Source of the DNA: Chromera velia
Taxonomy: Eukaryota
Assembly (NCBI GenBank): GCA_018398765.1
Contig: JAHBMJ010000180.1
Location: forward strand, 1 to 54,812
Reading direction: 5' to 3'
DNA: 54,812 bases
Under the pieces are notes generated by a model. The model was not told where the DNA came from, did no database searches, and saw nothing but the letters and a program-made list of their open reading frames with translations. Position numbers and translations under genes: made by a program. Shown in pieces: positions 32,904-54,812 of this stretch (its first letter is position 1; every line of letters starts with the position of its first letter).

Positions 32904-35900
32904 ATGAAGAAGCATACGGGGACAGCAGCTGCCAACGCCCCAGCTCATTTCTTTCCTGCCACCGGATTTGGCCCAGTGCCGTCTCCTCACCTTCCCCCCC
33001 CCAGTCTGTCCCATGCGGGGCTTGGAGAGAGACAGGGGACTTGGGCGGAGGGATCCGTGGTCAGGTCGGGGAGCGGAGGGGGTGTGAACTGGAAGAGGCC
33101 GCATGCTGGGGAGGAAGGCCTTCGCCATGCAGGAGAGCATGGACACAGCAAGCGAAGAAGAGACGTGGAGACGGAAGGCAAAGGGGAGGCGCTCAGGTGA
33201 GCACAGAGACTCATGTTCATGAAGGAATGCATCAACAAAGTCACGCTGACCCTGTAATTTAATTGATGCAAGCAGTTAGTGGTTGCATTTCTGTGCCGTC
33301 AACAGAGGTGGCAGCTCGTTTTGGCTTTCTTTCTGCATCACTGCGGGTAACTCATTTTCTTTCTTTCACTCAGCCTCTTTCTTGTGTCTACCTCTCCCTC
33401 TCCTCCATCCCCTTGTTCTTCTGCTCGTCCTTGCACTCTTCCTTCCCCTTTTTTCTGTACGTTTCCCCCCACTCGCCTCCTTCCCTCTGTGCGTGCAGAT
33501 TTCCTCCGGAAGAACTTCGTCGGTCAACTACAGACCCATCAAGTCGCTCGCGCGCCACGGGGGTTCCATCTGATATCCTCGTTCCGGATTCAGTCAGTGT
33601 GAGCTCCACTGGCCTCACTCATCAGAGACAGATCACCGCGGGCAGAATGGACCGCCCATTCCCGGTCCCCCCCCTGCAGGCGCCTCAGCTTTTCCTTCAA
33701 CCGTCTGCTGCAGCAGGTGGGGAGAGAAGAGATAGCGGCAGGAAGACCGAGAGGGGCAGTAGACGGGAAGGAAAACGTAAGTGGAAAGGCGCAGCTGGTC
33801 CGCTGGAGGAGGGGGAGAGGGACATGAGTGGTCTGGGAGGGGTTCGTGGGGGAAAAGAGGTCCGGAAAAGGGACTTGGGAGGTGGGCAGAGGGGAGAGCC
33901 TGATCGGAGAAAAGAGGAGGGGCAGGGGGACTTGAAACGGAAAAAGACGTTCCACGCAAAAGAGACATTCAGACCAGAACAAAGCAGAGATTGGCTTCAA
34001 ATCCCTCATGACGGGATCCGTAACGGTTTGGTAGTTTTCATAAAACAGGAACAGCAGCAGCAGCAGCAGCAGCAAGGGAGACCAAAGGCATCCGGTGAAG
34101 GGGATGGAAACGGAGGTCTTCCTGCCGCAGCTTCTTCAGCCGCAGCCTCTAGCCAACAGCCGTCAGTGCAGTCTCTGAGTGGAGTGGGAGGGGGAGGTAG
34201 AGGTACATTTTTTGGCTTCATCAAGGAAGATACTCAGATGGATCAAGCGGGAGGGGAAAGGAGGGCGGGTGAGGGAGGGGGGCAAAATGCTGACCGTGAG
34301 TCTGACTTCTATTTTCGTAGCAACGAGTACCTTGATAAGGAGGGCCCTTCATTAAAAGAGGGCGACAGGGTCAGTTTCAGGGCTTCTCAGCAAGTCCGCG
34401 GAGGGGGGGGGGGAACGGGAAAGAGGGCAAGTGGGGAGAAAGGGAAAAGAGCTCCCCGAAGAACCGCCACTTCTGTGGGTATACAGAGATACAACCCCGT
34501 CAAGAGGGATGCCGTAGAGGTGTTAAACTTTCTTTCCGCTATCCCTCACACAGAGCAGTCAGAGGGGGAGCAGGTGGGGGGGCCTTCCAACGAGGTGAAT
34601 GGGCACGCACAACAAATGGAATGGGTCGCTGGCTCCCGGCCCTTCTGGGTTCTCGTGGCCGAGATCCTGCAACAGACTGTCCTCTCCAGTGCACCCGCAC
34701 CGTCTGCACAGGGACATGCAGAAAGTGAAAAAGAGCACGAAGAAACTGCAGTCCAGTTGTTTCGCACCGCAGTCGCCCTTCTTCAACGTTTTCCGGAAAA
34801 CGGTCTCGACCAGTCAGTACCGGTGGGTTGGTTGATGAAAGTGGTCTGTGTCCTCTCTCAGCGACATTTACAGGGGGAGTCCGCAGGGGTCTTCTGGGAA
34901 TGTTTGGTGGGGGACCTGAAGAAAGATTCTAGCGGGTGTGCCTCAGGGAGCACGGCAGCTTTGCTCCAGGTGGCGGGACGTGTATGTCCGCATCTACTGG
35001 AGATGGCGATGCCCCTGCTGCGGACTGCCGTTGGTGAGGGTGCAGGGGCATCCAGTGTTGCTCTAACATTGCTGGACTGTATGGACGGGCTGAGCGCCGC
35101 CCTCTCAAAGGTGAGTGAAAGATCAGCTAGACTAGTCATTGATCACCGTTGATGTAAATGAGACAGCGGTCCAGGTCTGCACCAGTGTATCGGGGTAGTC
35201 AGAAGGCTGAAAGAAGCACAAGAACCTGCGTGCACAGGCAGCCCTGGCGTTTTGGATTCCATGAGACTCCAATTTTGCCTTTTCCGGTTTCACTGGTTCT
35301 GCAGCGACAGGGACATCTTTGTGTGTTTGCATGATCTTAGTGCAGAATGTATACTTTTGTTCAATAAGGTTCGATCACTGTAACTATATTCCCGTGTTCC
35401 TGTACCTATGTCTTTTGATTCCCACTTTTGCAGGGGCGTGACGGGCCCCGCCACTTCCGGAGACTCCCCGAGATCCTCACCCCGACAGAGCTCGAAAAGG
35501 GGTTGGGAGTTGGCAGACAGAGGGGAGGGCGTCTGGAAGCTCTGGATGATCAGCGGGGCGATGCTCTTCTTCTTCCCCTCCCAGTTGCGCGGAGAGAGGG
35601 CGCATATCCATCCGGGGACTCGTACTTGGACACGCAGGTGCGGCTCCTGAGAGCTTTGTGCTTCCAGCCACTGCAGGAGGCAGTGTCTGACTTTCTTTCT
35701 GGGACCCAAAACACAGGGGTGTACTCTGTGCGACTCGTCCGTCTCCGACCGAAAGAAGGCTCTTTGCAGTTGGTCCTGAAGCTGAAAGACTATTGGGGGA
35801 AGGATATCAATTGGAGAAGGGAGAAAAAGAGAATGATGCCGGGAAATCTGGTTGTCGTCTCCCGAGACGGCACCTTCAAAGACTGGCCGCTGCTCTGGCT

Positions 35901-37236
35901 GACTGTTGCAGAGCGGAATGAAGCGATCCTCGATGCAGAGAAGCTTGTTGCTTTGGAATTCTGCCAGCCTTCAGATATCTTCCAGGCTATGAGGCTGAGG
36001 GGACGAAAGATGGTTGCTCTGGAGTCCCCCAGCTTCTACAAAGCCCACGCCCCCGTCATTCGCTGTCTCCAGCAGATTCCAAGTCACAAAATCCCGTTCG
36101 CGATTGAAATTGTAAACCTCCAGCGCCCTGCCGAGAAGACTGAGACAGAGCCGAAGGAGCATTTGGAGTTGGTGGCAGAGGGAGCGGAGGAATCTGCAGG
36201 GGGCAGTGAAAGTGCGGGAACTGAAACTGAAGGGCAAGAAGCGGTCGGCATCCCAGCAAGTGACAGACTATCCCAGAACCTCCCTGTGGATCCCCAACTG
36301 AAAGAATGGCTTGACCAAATTGAAGGCGGAGAGGGCAACGTGCCAGTCAAATTGAGGAAAGGGGGGCGGGGGTGTATGATATTACAAACGAGGATTGTGA
36401 TATTGAAACTGTTCAGCTGAACGGCAGCCAGATAGAGGCGCTTCGTCACGTGTTGGAGAACAGACTTGGAATCGTGCAGGGTCCTCCGGGCACTGGGCAG
36501 ACGACCGTCGCCATGACCGTCATCCGGTTGCTGTTGGAGAAGGTCAGAGGGGATTCGACAGGACATCCTCTTCTACTCGCCTTCTCGCTTTTCCTTCTTG
36601 TCTTGTTTCTTCACTTCGCTTTGTTCCAAAAACCACTGAACACGGTCATAAGAGTAACGCTTGACCCCTTGGGCTTTCTTTGGGAAGCTACACACCAAGG
36701 CCTGGACTTGTGTGTCTGTATGTTGCACTCTCTATCTTCCGTGCTCGTGCAGAGTAGGAGCCCTACCCGAATTCTTATCCTGGCGTACAAGAACTTTGCG
36801 CTCGACGATCTGTTGTGCAAGCTGATCCGTGCTCCCTTCATTGAGGGTCGGACTGCACGACTGGGGAGACGGTCTCCGGATTTTCCCGACGTCGAGAAGA
36901 GAAATCTTAACGAGGTAGGTCAGAGAAGGGCTTCGATGCGGCAATTGTTGTTGTCTTTCCAACCCAAGGCCGAGGTGTGTGCCGTGCATTTCCTGTGGCA
37001 TAGATGATACTTGAAAAAGACTGCAAAGAGCTGCAAGCACACAGCTGGCTGCAGGACGGTAGGCAGTCTCTAGTCACCGAAGCTCTCTCTGTTGGAATGA
37101 TAAGGCGTGCCTTTCATTCATTCAGTTGTGAAAATCCCGCAACTCCTGAAAGCACATTCCCTTATCTCAGCGTCCTTCTGTGTGTTTCTTTTTGATGTCT
37201 GATTATCTCTCTGTTTCCCTCCCCTCCTCTGTGTGC

Positions 37237-37269
<33 letters not shown>

Positions 37270-40200
37270 TTGGTGGTGGTTGCAGATAAAGAGGAGAGAG
37301 CGGGAGGCCGCGGAACGGCATCGCAGAGACGGGACTTATGGCCAGACCCGCTCGCAGATCTCCTTCAACACCGATGAGATGCAAAAGGCGGCACGACAGC
37401 TCCAAGAGGCGCATTCCTTTCATCCAGATTTCCTGATTGCCGTTTGCGAATTCCCCCTCCTCAGGGACCTTCTGCAAGCAGTGATGCAGAAACTTCCCTC
37501 TATGCCACCAGATCTTGACCGTGCACTATCCGTCCTTACTCAGCTCGCAGCTGACTACGGATATTTTGACGATTCAGACGCTGACGTCCTCCTGGATGAT
37601 TCTCTCCCACGAAAAGACCCCACAGCAGTCGCGGCAGCCCACCAGCAGGACTTTCAGAGCTCAGTCCCGTACACAGAGAGGTCATCCGCGGGGAAAGAAA
37701 GAAACATTCAGTGGGCTGGGACGTTCGGTGATTTGGTTTTTTCCAGAGAGACGTGCGAACGTCACAGAGAGGACACAAGAGACGATTTTCAGTGTCTGGT
37801 CTACCACCTTCGAAAAGCAGTAGAATTTTGGTTACCGGGTCTGAACGAATTTGATCAGGTTGCCTCGCGAGCTGCTGCAAGCAAGCATCAATGCAAGTTC
37901 GATTCCCTCTCGTTTGACGAGAAGGACCAAAACTGCAGCGGTGGCCCCCACGGGTCTTCTTTTCTTGAAGAGATTGAAGGCGGGAGAAGAGGAAGGGGCA
38001 GTAGGCCCTGGGGCGAATCATCGAATGGGTGCAGCACGAGAGGCAAGAAATAGGGGATGGGGAGGAATCGGAGGACGACGACGATTTATTGAGGGAGCGG
38101 GAGCTGGCACTCGGGCTTGGGGGGGGGTCTGGGCCCTTCGGTTCCCAGACAGATCCTCGACAGGTCTGCGAGGAGTTCTTGGAGGAGACCGTCTGCATTG
38201 ACCCTGAAGGGAAGGGGAAAGGCAACACCTGTTTCTGGCTTGCTCCATCGTGCTTCGGCAGGTGTGTGGGAGATGGAAAACAAGTTGAGGGTTCTGTGGG
38301 TGCAGGGGCTGATGGGGGAGCGTGTGGCAAGGGCAGAAAGTGCTCTTGAAAAGACCGTCACGGAAGGTGAAGAGCTGAACAAAATCCTCAAGTCTGCTAC
38401 CAAGAGGGAAGAGCTCGCAGTGCTGGGAAAGATGCAGGTGGGCCGGCAGGCATCACAATTTGCCTTTCTGCTGCTGAGAGTCAAAGATGCATAACGTGAG
38501 AACCGCATCTTCTTCGCTCTTTTTTCTTTCGAGAACCCTCTGGTGTCCCCTTTTGCATGATTTCCTGCTGAACGTTTGCATGAATGCGCGCTGCAGCATC
38601 TGAAGGTATTGACACCCTTATCCTCTTTGCAGATTCTCGGGGCAACCACCACGGGAGCTGCGATCAACCAAGAACTGATCTCTGCCTGGCAGCCCACTGT
38701 CGTTCTCTTCGAGGAAGCCGGAGAGATCCTCGAACCCCAAACCCTCGCGTGCCTCCCCCCTAGCGTCCGACAGCTTATCCTCATAGGGGACCACCAGCAG
38801 CTGCCCCCTCATGTTGACAGCTACCGTCTGAGGAAGGAACACAACTTCTCTCTCTCTCTCATGGAGAGACTCATCCTCAATAAATTCACCTATGCGCCTC
38901 TCCAGGTGCAGTGCCGCATGCACCCAGACATCAGTTTGCACCTCCGAGACATATACCCGAGTCTGAAAGACGCCCCTGGACTTGAAAACGAGCGCCCTCT
39001 CCCCGGCTGTACGAAACACCGCATTTTTTGGTGGTCGCACCAGGAGAGGGAGGCAGAGGGAATGCGATTGTATTCGAATGAAGGGGAGGCTAGGCGTGCA
39101 GTGGCTCTCTTCTTCTGGCTGTGCCTGCAGGGAGTACCACCAGAGAAGATCACAATTCTCGCTCCATACGCCTCTCAAGTCGCTGTCTTGCGACGGCTCC
39201 TGGTCAGAAAGAGCTCGAAGCAGGCGTACGGGGGAGCGATGAGAGCCCAAACGCAGACTCTAAGCGCCCCCTCTCCCTCTGCTCCGGCAGCCTCAGGGCC
39301 GTGGAGATGGGTTGAAGACCCGAAGGGCTCCTCTAGGGGAACCAGCGGAGGGCGTCCCCCCACTGTGACAGCTTTTGGCTCTGATTCCGCTTCCGAATCT
39401 GTCGGAGGAAAAAAGCAAAACAAGGCAGAGGGAGGAGGAAAGGAAGAACAGGACCTCCGGTCGAGGGTTCAGGTTCTCGATCGTTATCAGGGTCAAGAGA
39501 ATGAACACATCATCCTTTCCCTCACGCGTTCGAACCCGAAAAGAAAAACTGGTTTCCTCGACATGGAGAGGGAGGGAATTGCCCGTCGGTGTGTTGCCCA
39601 GTCCCGCGCCCGCAGTAGTTTGTACATTCTTGGAAATTTAGACACTTTCGAATTCCGAGAAACGCGCGATGGGTCAAGTTGGGGGGCAGACAGCAGTGAA
39701 ACAGGCAAGCAATTCAAGTCTAAGGTATGGGGTGTGTTAGTGGATTCGCTACGGGTGCACGACCAGCTGGGTTCCGATTTCGTCCTCTGCTGCCCCCGGC
39801 ATCTCGAGACTACTCTGAAGGTGGGGTCCTCCGAGGAGATCCCCCGCACAGAGGGAATTCTGTGCACCGCTCGCTGTGCTTGCACGATGGGATGCCAGGT
39901 GCATCTCTGTCCGCGTAAGTGCCATGCGATCCACCAGGCTGACCACTCGCCTGCCGAGTGTCGTGAGCGTGTTGAGTTTGAGTGTGCAGAGTGTGGGGCA
40001 CCTCTAGAGCGCGAGTGCTCGGAGGATGTTGCAAGCGTGAAATGCAAAAAGTTGGTCGATTGTCTTTGTATCAAGGGAAGTCACAAGGTGATGAAAGTCT
40101 GCTCAGCAAAAGAGCCGCCCGTCTGCCTTCAGCCCTGCACAAAGAAGGTGGAAGTCTGTGGACATGCATGCACAGAGAATGTAATGCACCGTGCATTTCT

Positions 40201-42009
40201 CGTGAGGATTGTCCTGAGTGCATTAGGCTGGAAAGGGAGAGACAGAAAATTGCCGAGGAAGAGGCAAGGAAGGAGAGGGAGAGGGAGGCCGAGGAGGCAA
40301 AGAAAGAGGTCGAGGAGATTTGGAGGCTCCACAGAGAGGAAGGATTTTCCCTCTCCACCGTGTCGCCCTCCTCTCATGATTGGAGGCCTCTAGAGAACAC
40401 CGTCCGTTCTCTCATCCAACCCACGGCAGCCGGCATCACTGTGTCGCTCGCCTCAGCCCAGAAAATTACAGACCACAAGGCCCGGGCGGCGTGGCTGCGA
40501 AAGAAGGTGCAGATATTGACGCAGAGGAAAGATGCGCACCCACAGCCCTTGCCGTCTCTGCTCCCCCTTCCCGTCTCTGTATCAGCAGGAGGAAAAGGCT
40601 CAGATGCTGTCACGGAGGAAGGACAAACCATTGCTAGGGGGGGGTTGAAGGCTGCTGCCGCGATGGGCCGCCGCCTTCTTGTCTTGTCACCAACTGGTGC
40701 GAGATTGGAGAAGGGAAGTGGAGAGGCCTCCACTGTACCGCTGTCATTGCTCGTCTCCACAGTTTCAGAAACAGTCTCTGCAGCAGTCACAGCGGCGCGT
40801 GGGGAGGGCAGCACGTCGGACCGTCTTTTTCATGCAGTCATCTTTGATATTCTTCCGGGCAAGCTCGGACCGTTTGTCAACAACGAAGGGGAAGGGGGTC
40901 GCTCTCTAGTTACATTCCAAAATTTGATTTCACATGGTGCATCGAGAGTTGACCAAAAAAATCCGATTCAGCCCCCTCCGCCTCCCTCTCCCCCTCCTCC
41001 TCCCCCCTTTGACTCTCTGGAAGTCGCAGCCGAGGGAGGAAAGGGAAGGTTTATCATCCCTCTCGACAGTGCTCAAACGCTTCCTGTCGCTCTTGTTTCG
41101 GTCCGTCTGGCACGTTCGGCTGCCCCCCTCTCCGCCTCCATTCCCTCCCACTGGACGTTGCAGACTGACGAAAAGACGGTCCGTCGGATGATTCCCGTTT
41201 CCGATTCAGAGAGAGAGGCTCTGCAGGGATGTCTGGCCATCAGTCTAGAGAACCTCGCAGGTAGAGACAGATCAGCCGTGCCTCAACACCGCAGTCTGGA
41301 GGTAGCAGCAGCATGGCGCATTGAGCACCCCGTCCTGTGGGCAAAGTTTTGTGTGGAGAGAGGGCAGGTGTGTGCCTTTTTGAATGACCTCCGAGATCAG
41401 GAAGGGGTGGGATCCGTCCTGTTGACGAAGAGTCCGAACATCAGCACGGTGTTGAAGGCCGCCACAGAAAAGCTCCCCGGAGACTGTTTTGAGGGCGAGG
41501 CAGGAGAAGTGCGGCTTCTCCATGGAACGAAGGCCAACCTGGTCACGGCAATTCTGTCGGGGGGATTGAACGAGAGGTACAGTGAGGGGCTTTTCGGACG
41601 CGGTACGTATTTTGCAGAAGATGCGACAAAGTGCGATCAGTACGTGAGTGCATCTCGACACGATGGCGAACTAGGCAAACTTCTCTGCGAAGGCGCGGGG
41701 GCGTCCCGGCCTCCGGGAGAGTTGTTCTATCTCTTCGTCTGTAGAGTCGTGTTGGGACTGCCACAGTTCACTCGAGATGGTTCCACGAGCAGCCACGGGG
41801 ATGAGAGCACAAGGGGGAAAGAGATCTTTTCGAATGCTGGCTCAAAGCATGAATTGACAGTCATTCCCGGCTCAGACCCGCCCACAGAGTTTCACAGTCT
41901 GATTGCAGAGGCAGGAAGCGACTGTCGCGTGGCTCGTTTCCGAGAATTCGTGCAGTTTCACAGCGATCGCATCTATCCGGAATATCTGATTGCGTACACG
42001 AGAAAGTAA
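32904..42009 (+). pseudogene. ZNFX1-like SF1 RNA helicase with N-terminal cold-shock-like fold, NF-X1 zinc fingers and C-terminal PARP-type ADP-ribosyltransferase domain(s); frameshifted
   Basis: Exons ~32904-33196 (start uncertain), 33499-35110, 35434-36542, 36753-36914, 37286-38437 and 38633-42009. ZNFX1/helicase motifs: YLDTQVRLLR, ESPSFYKAH, QGPPGTGQT, EEAGE, LIGDHQQLPP, QCRMHP, YQGQEN, CVAQSRAR, and Cys-rich CxxxxxCxxHxCxxxCH units. PARP motifs: LLHGT, GLFGRGTYFA, CRVVLG, REFV, IYPEYLIAY. Frame breaks at ~36370, ~38000-38235 (two) and ~40172. Confidence 0.85.
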
Positions 42010-42637
42010 AGGGGGGAATCATGTCTTTTCGTGCATGCCAGTTTTCACTTTTTTGCAGTGTTTCTCCCTGAGGTTCTTTTGATGGAACGAATGTACAAAG
42101 AGGCGGGGCTGTACTTCCTCGCCGCTTTTCCATCCAACTGCATGAGTCTTTTTTCGCTGAGAGAATTCTTGTCGGCTTTTGGTGTATAATTCGCTCTCTA
42201 TCCGTTGAGCTTTTCTCGTGTATATCTCTCTCCATCAGTTTTGATTGTTTGGGCAGAGTCGATTGTTTGTGCTAGTGTTTGGGCAGGGCCACTGCAGGCT
42301 GCAGGCAGACTCAAAATTTTATACTGACTGTGACTGACAATTGATAGAATGAAACTAGTTCCTATTTTTAAGATATGAAATTCATCATCAAAAAATCTGG
42401 ACTTCTCATCATCATCATACGTCAATGATCGCCATGAGCCTATTAATAATAATTGCGAGGCCGGCTTCTAGCGTTTTATGGCAATACTTAACGCAGTTTT
42501 GTTCCTATATTAATGGTTAAGTCTAAGTTTAATCTAGGGTTTAATTCGATAAATTACATTCACCAAATTAGTTTATTGAAATTACTCTGGATGCTTTTTT
42601 TTTAACTCTGTCACCGTAGGTGTACTGGCAGCGACTC

Positions 42638-43512
42638 CGCATCCCGGCAGTGACCTATGTGATAATGGACCCTATTTCGCCTATGTAAGGGGCTCTCAGA
42701 TGGCAAAAAAATTAAAAACACTTTGTATAGCAAAATTAAGCCTATATATAGCATAGTTATGACTTTTCTAACACTTTTAAAGGTTTTTTACATGTTCTAG
42801 CTTGTTTAGAAGATTATATATTTGCCTTAAAAAAGCTTTAAAAAGGTCTCCTAACTATGGGGGCAACATAAGCATCATGGAGGTGGGAATCATCATAAGA
42901 TAAAAATGTAGTCTAGCTAGGGATGTTTCCATGAAAACGCTAGCATCTGTCAAGCATTTAACGTACAGAATTGTATGCTTAGATCTAGTGAGCCTTCGAA
43001 ATTGCACGCGTAGCCCCCGTACTGATGCTGAGGCCCCGCCGCCGCCCGCTGAACCACCCGGCACCCCCACCTACCCCCCCAGATCTCTCCGTCTACCATG
43101 CAGTGCCCCGTTAAGCATATTGTCTGTCGCCATTAACCCCACAATACCACGAGACACAAGCTGTGCATTGTCTTTATCGTCTGCATTGTTGTCTTCCATC
43201 TGTTGATCCTGTACATTGCCAGTCTCAGGCACTGGCAATCGAAGGAACTCCCCCTGCACTCCTGGCAGTGCCCCCGTCTGTGTTGCACCCATAGTTAGGA
43301 AGCCTTATTACTAGCCTTATTAAAGTTTTTTTAACGCAAATATATAATCTTTTAAACAAGGTAGAACATGTAAAAAACCTTTAAAAGTGTTAGAAAAGTC
43401 ATAACTATGCTATATATAGGCTTAATTTTACTATACAAAGTGTTTTTAATTTTTTTACCATCTGAGAGCGCCAAATAGGGTCCATTATCGCATAAGTCAC
43501 TGCCGGGATGCG
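42638..43512. mobile_element. Non-autonomous element with ~230-bp terminal inverted repeats (MULE/foldback-like)
   Basis: 42638-42868 is the reverse complement of 43281-43512 with small indels; the ~410-bp interior is unrelated. No clear TSD, so the termini are approximate. Confidence 0.7.
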
Positions 43513-44161
43513 TCGGAGCTTGCATGCGCATCACTAGGCTCCCCATATCAAAAAAAAAATAAAAAAGTAATTGCCTAAAATTGATTTTTAATTTCTTTTT
43601 TCTTTTTTTTCTTCTTCTAAACAACACTTGTGCATTGTGTATTGACAATCAATGACGATCATTGTAAACAAGAGCTGTCAGTGGTATTCTTAGTGGCATT
43701 TCTCTAAATTTGGCGTCTTTCTCCTTAATTTTTATCTCATATTATGAGTCATGTATGTCTGCCGATAGTCCTAATTAATTATTCTTCGGTAGACGGATGG
43801 AAGGTTAAGAGTGAGGCGGACATGTTAGGAACCGATCTTAAATGCAGTTCTCTATAAGTCTAGTATAAGACAAAACAGCAACAGTGCTCTAGGGCACCAT
43901 TAATCAGTTATCACTTAGTTTCCCCCCCCAAAGTGCCTTAAATTATCTAGTAAATTGTATATATGCAGTGCACATATATTCTAGCATATGTTCTAACACA
44001 TTCATCTCAATTCAATTCAATTCAAATTCAGATGATATATTCTAGAATAAATTATAGTACAGAATAATTTAAATAAAATTAAAGTATAGTTACTAAAATT
44101 ACTGAATTATATCGGTAAATTAAATATAATTAAATAATTCAAATTATATATAGACGGTTAA

Positions 44162-44616
<455 letters not shown>

Positions 44617-44913
44617 GTCACTGACTCAGTAAGCCACCTATCTAGCCACCTATAGTAAGCCTAAGCTGCTCATATAAAACCTTCAAAGTTTGACGTACAG
44701 CATATATTATGGCATATAAAGTTTTAGCTATTACATACCTTTGAACTTCTATCCCCGGGCCATTGGCAACAATGACCTACAAGAATTTAAGCTAAAGCTC
44801 GAATATGATGGGGAAAAAATTATTTTTCTAGCATTTTTTAAAAGAACGGAACCAGATGCAGGAGAACATTTTTTTTTTCTCAATCCGCAACATGTTCGTG
44901 CATCTCATGTGTT

Positions 44914-53996
<9,083 letters not shown>

Positions 53997-54269
53997 CTTC
54001 TTCTCCTTCGAAAGAGCCGGTCGGAACCTGGAGTCAGTCACTGCTCACTGACGAGAGGATCTTTCAGCGCGTCCGCAAAATCGTTGTGCTCCAGTCTGAC
54101 CGTCGTCAGGCAGGAAAGATAATCTCTGGAACGGTTTGATCACTGAATTTGACGTCTGATAAAAGGGTCAAAACTCATGGACCGACTCGTAGGCTCCCAT
54201 GACTCGCAGCACCCGAGATCGGTAAAGACAGACCCGAAGAGGTGTTCCAGAAGACAATTAGAACCATTG

Positions 54270-54380
54270 TGTTGGATGCGTGCGCGGCCCACTACTCCTT
54301 CAGGAGACCCAAACCAGCGCGGCCGACCCCCCTCCGAGGCGGCGCGCCCTCGCGTCCGCCGGGGTCAGGCCCGCCAGTGT
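54270..54380. promoter_or_regulatory. GC-rich promoter core upstream of NSF
   Basis: GCGTGCGCGGCC, GCGCGGCCG and GGCGGCGCGCCC cluster ~300 bp upstream of the NSF ATG, like the other upstream regions in the window. Confidence 0.35.
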
Positions 54381-54812
54381 GTAAGGTAACCCACGACCGC
54401 GAGCCAGGCGACTACACTATCCGTAACCTCGGTTTGAGCAACTTGCGCTATTTTTCTAGCCCGAACGGCGCAGAGTCAGCCGACGAAACCGGTACCGTTG
54501 GAAAGCCCTCCTCGAGAGGAAATCCGTGAAATACTTCAGATCTCGAGATTCTGCCTCGATCGCCCGGTTTGAAACCGAAAAGGATTTCGTGAACTCTCCG
54601 GGGCCACAGGCATGTCCCGCGAATCTGGCCGGAGGCCACGGCTTTCGAATTCACGACAAAACTTGTAGAACTCATTGCTTTCTACCACAGTTGGCCCACT
54701 CCTTCTCGTCAAAGGTGCCTGTAGACCCTTCCAACAGTTTTCCACACTGCTGCCTCTTCGTTCTGTTGTGCCTCGGAGCTCTGGAAGCGACCAGATCGTG
54801 CAGAACGTTCAG

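Noticed and set aside
36355..36375. Programmed -1 ribosomal frameshift in the ZNFX1-like gene
   Set aside because: No in-frame X XXY YYZ heptamer. The several other breaks plus the Walker-A change fit decay or sequence error better.
38086..41764. Long minus-strand ORFs overlapping the helicase/PARP exon
   Set aside because: They are shadow ORFs of GC-rich coding sequence and carry no motifs.

Overview
This is intron-rich eukaryotic nuclear DNA with GT-AG introns, microsatellite-filled introns and TGCATGCA promoter motifs. The gene style suggests a chromerid alveolate such as Chromera (inference). GC-rich genes alternate with AT-rich islands of decayed transposons. Genes: two head-to-head CBM20-domain genes (one with six CxHGRxxxxCKxCGG zinc-finger repeats), a 3-exon RIIa/ropporin-like protein, a ~7.6-kb low-complexity hypothetical gene, an 8-exon ammonium transporter, an ER DnaJ-thioredoxin protein (ERdj5-like) and NSF/Sec18. 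There is also a ~9-kb ZNFX1-type helicase gene with an N-terminal cold-shock-like fold and two C-terminal PARP-like domains; it carries several frameshifts and a Walker-A K->Q change. Mobile DNA: two hAT elements with perfect 8-bp TSDs nested in a composite repeat, three fragments of RLE-type (CRE-like) non-LTR retrotransposons, and a long-TIR element. Two observations stand out: (1) the ZNFX1-helicase/PARP fusion, a candidate RNA-sensing ADP-ribosylation defence protein; (2) a RIP-like C->T/G->A hypermutation signature on repeats (19 of 19 differences between two retroelement copies are transitions).
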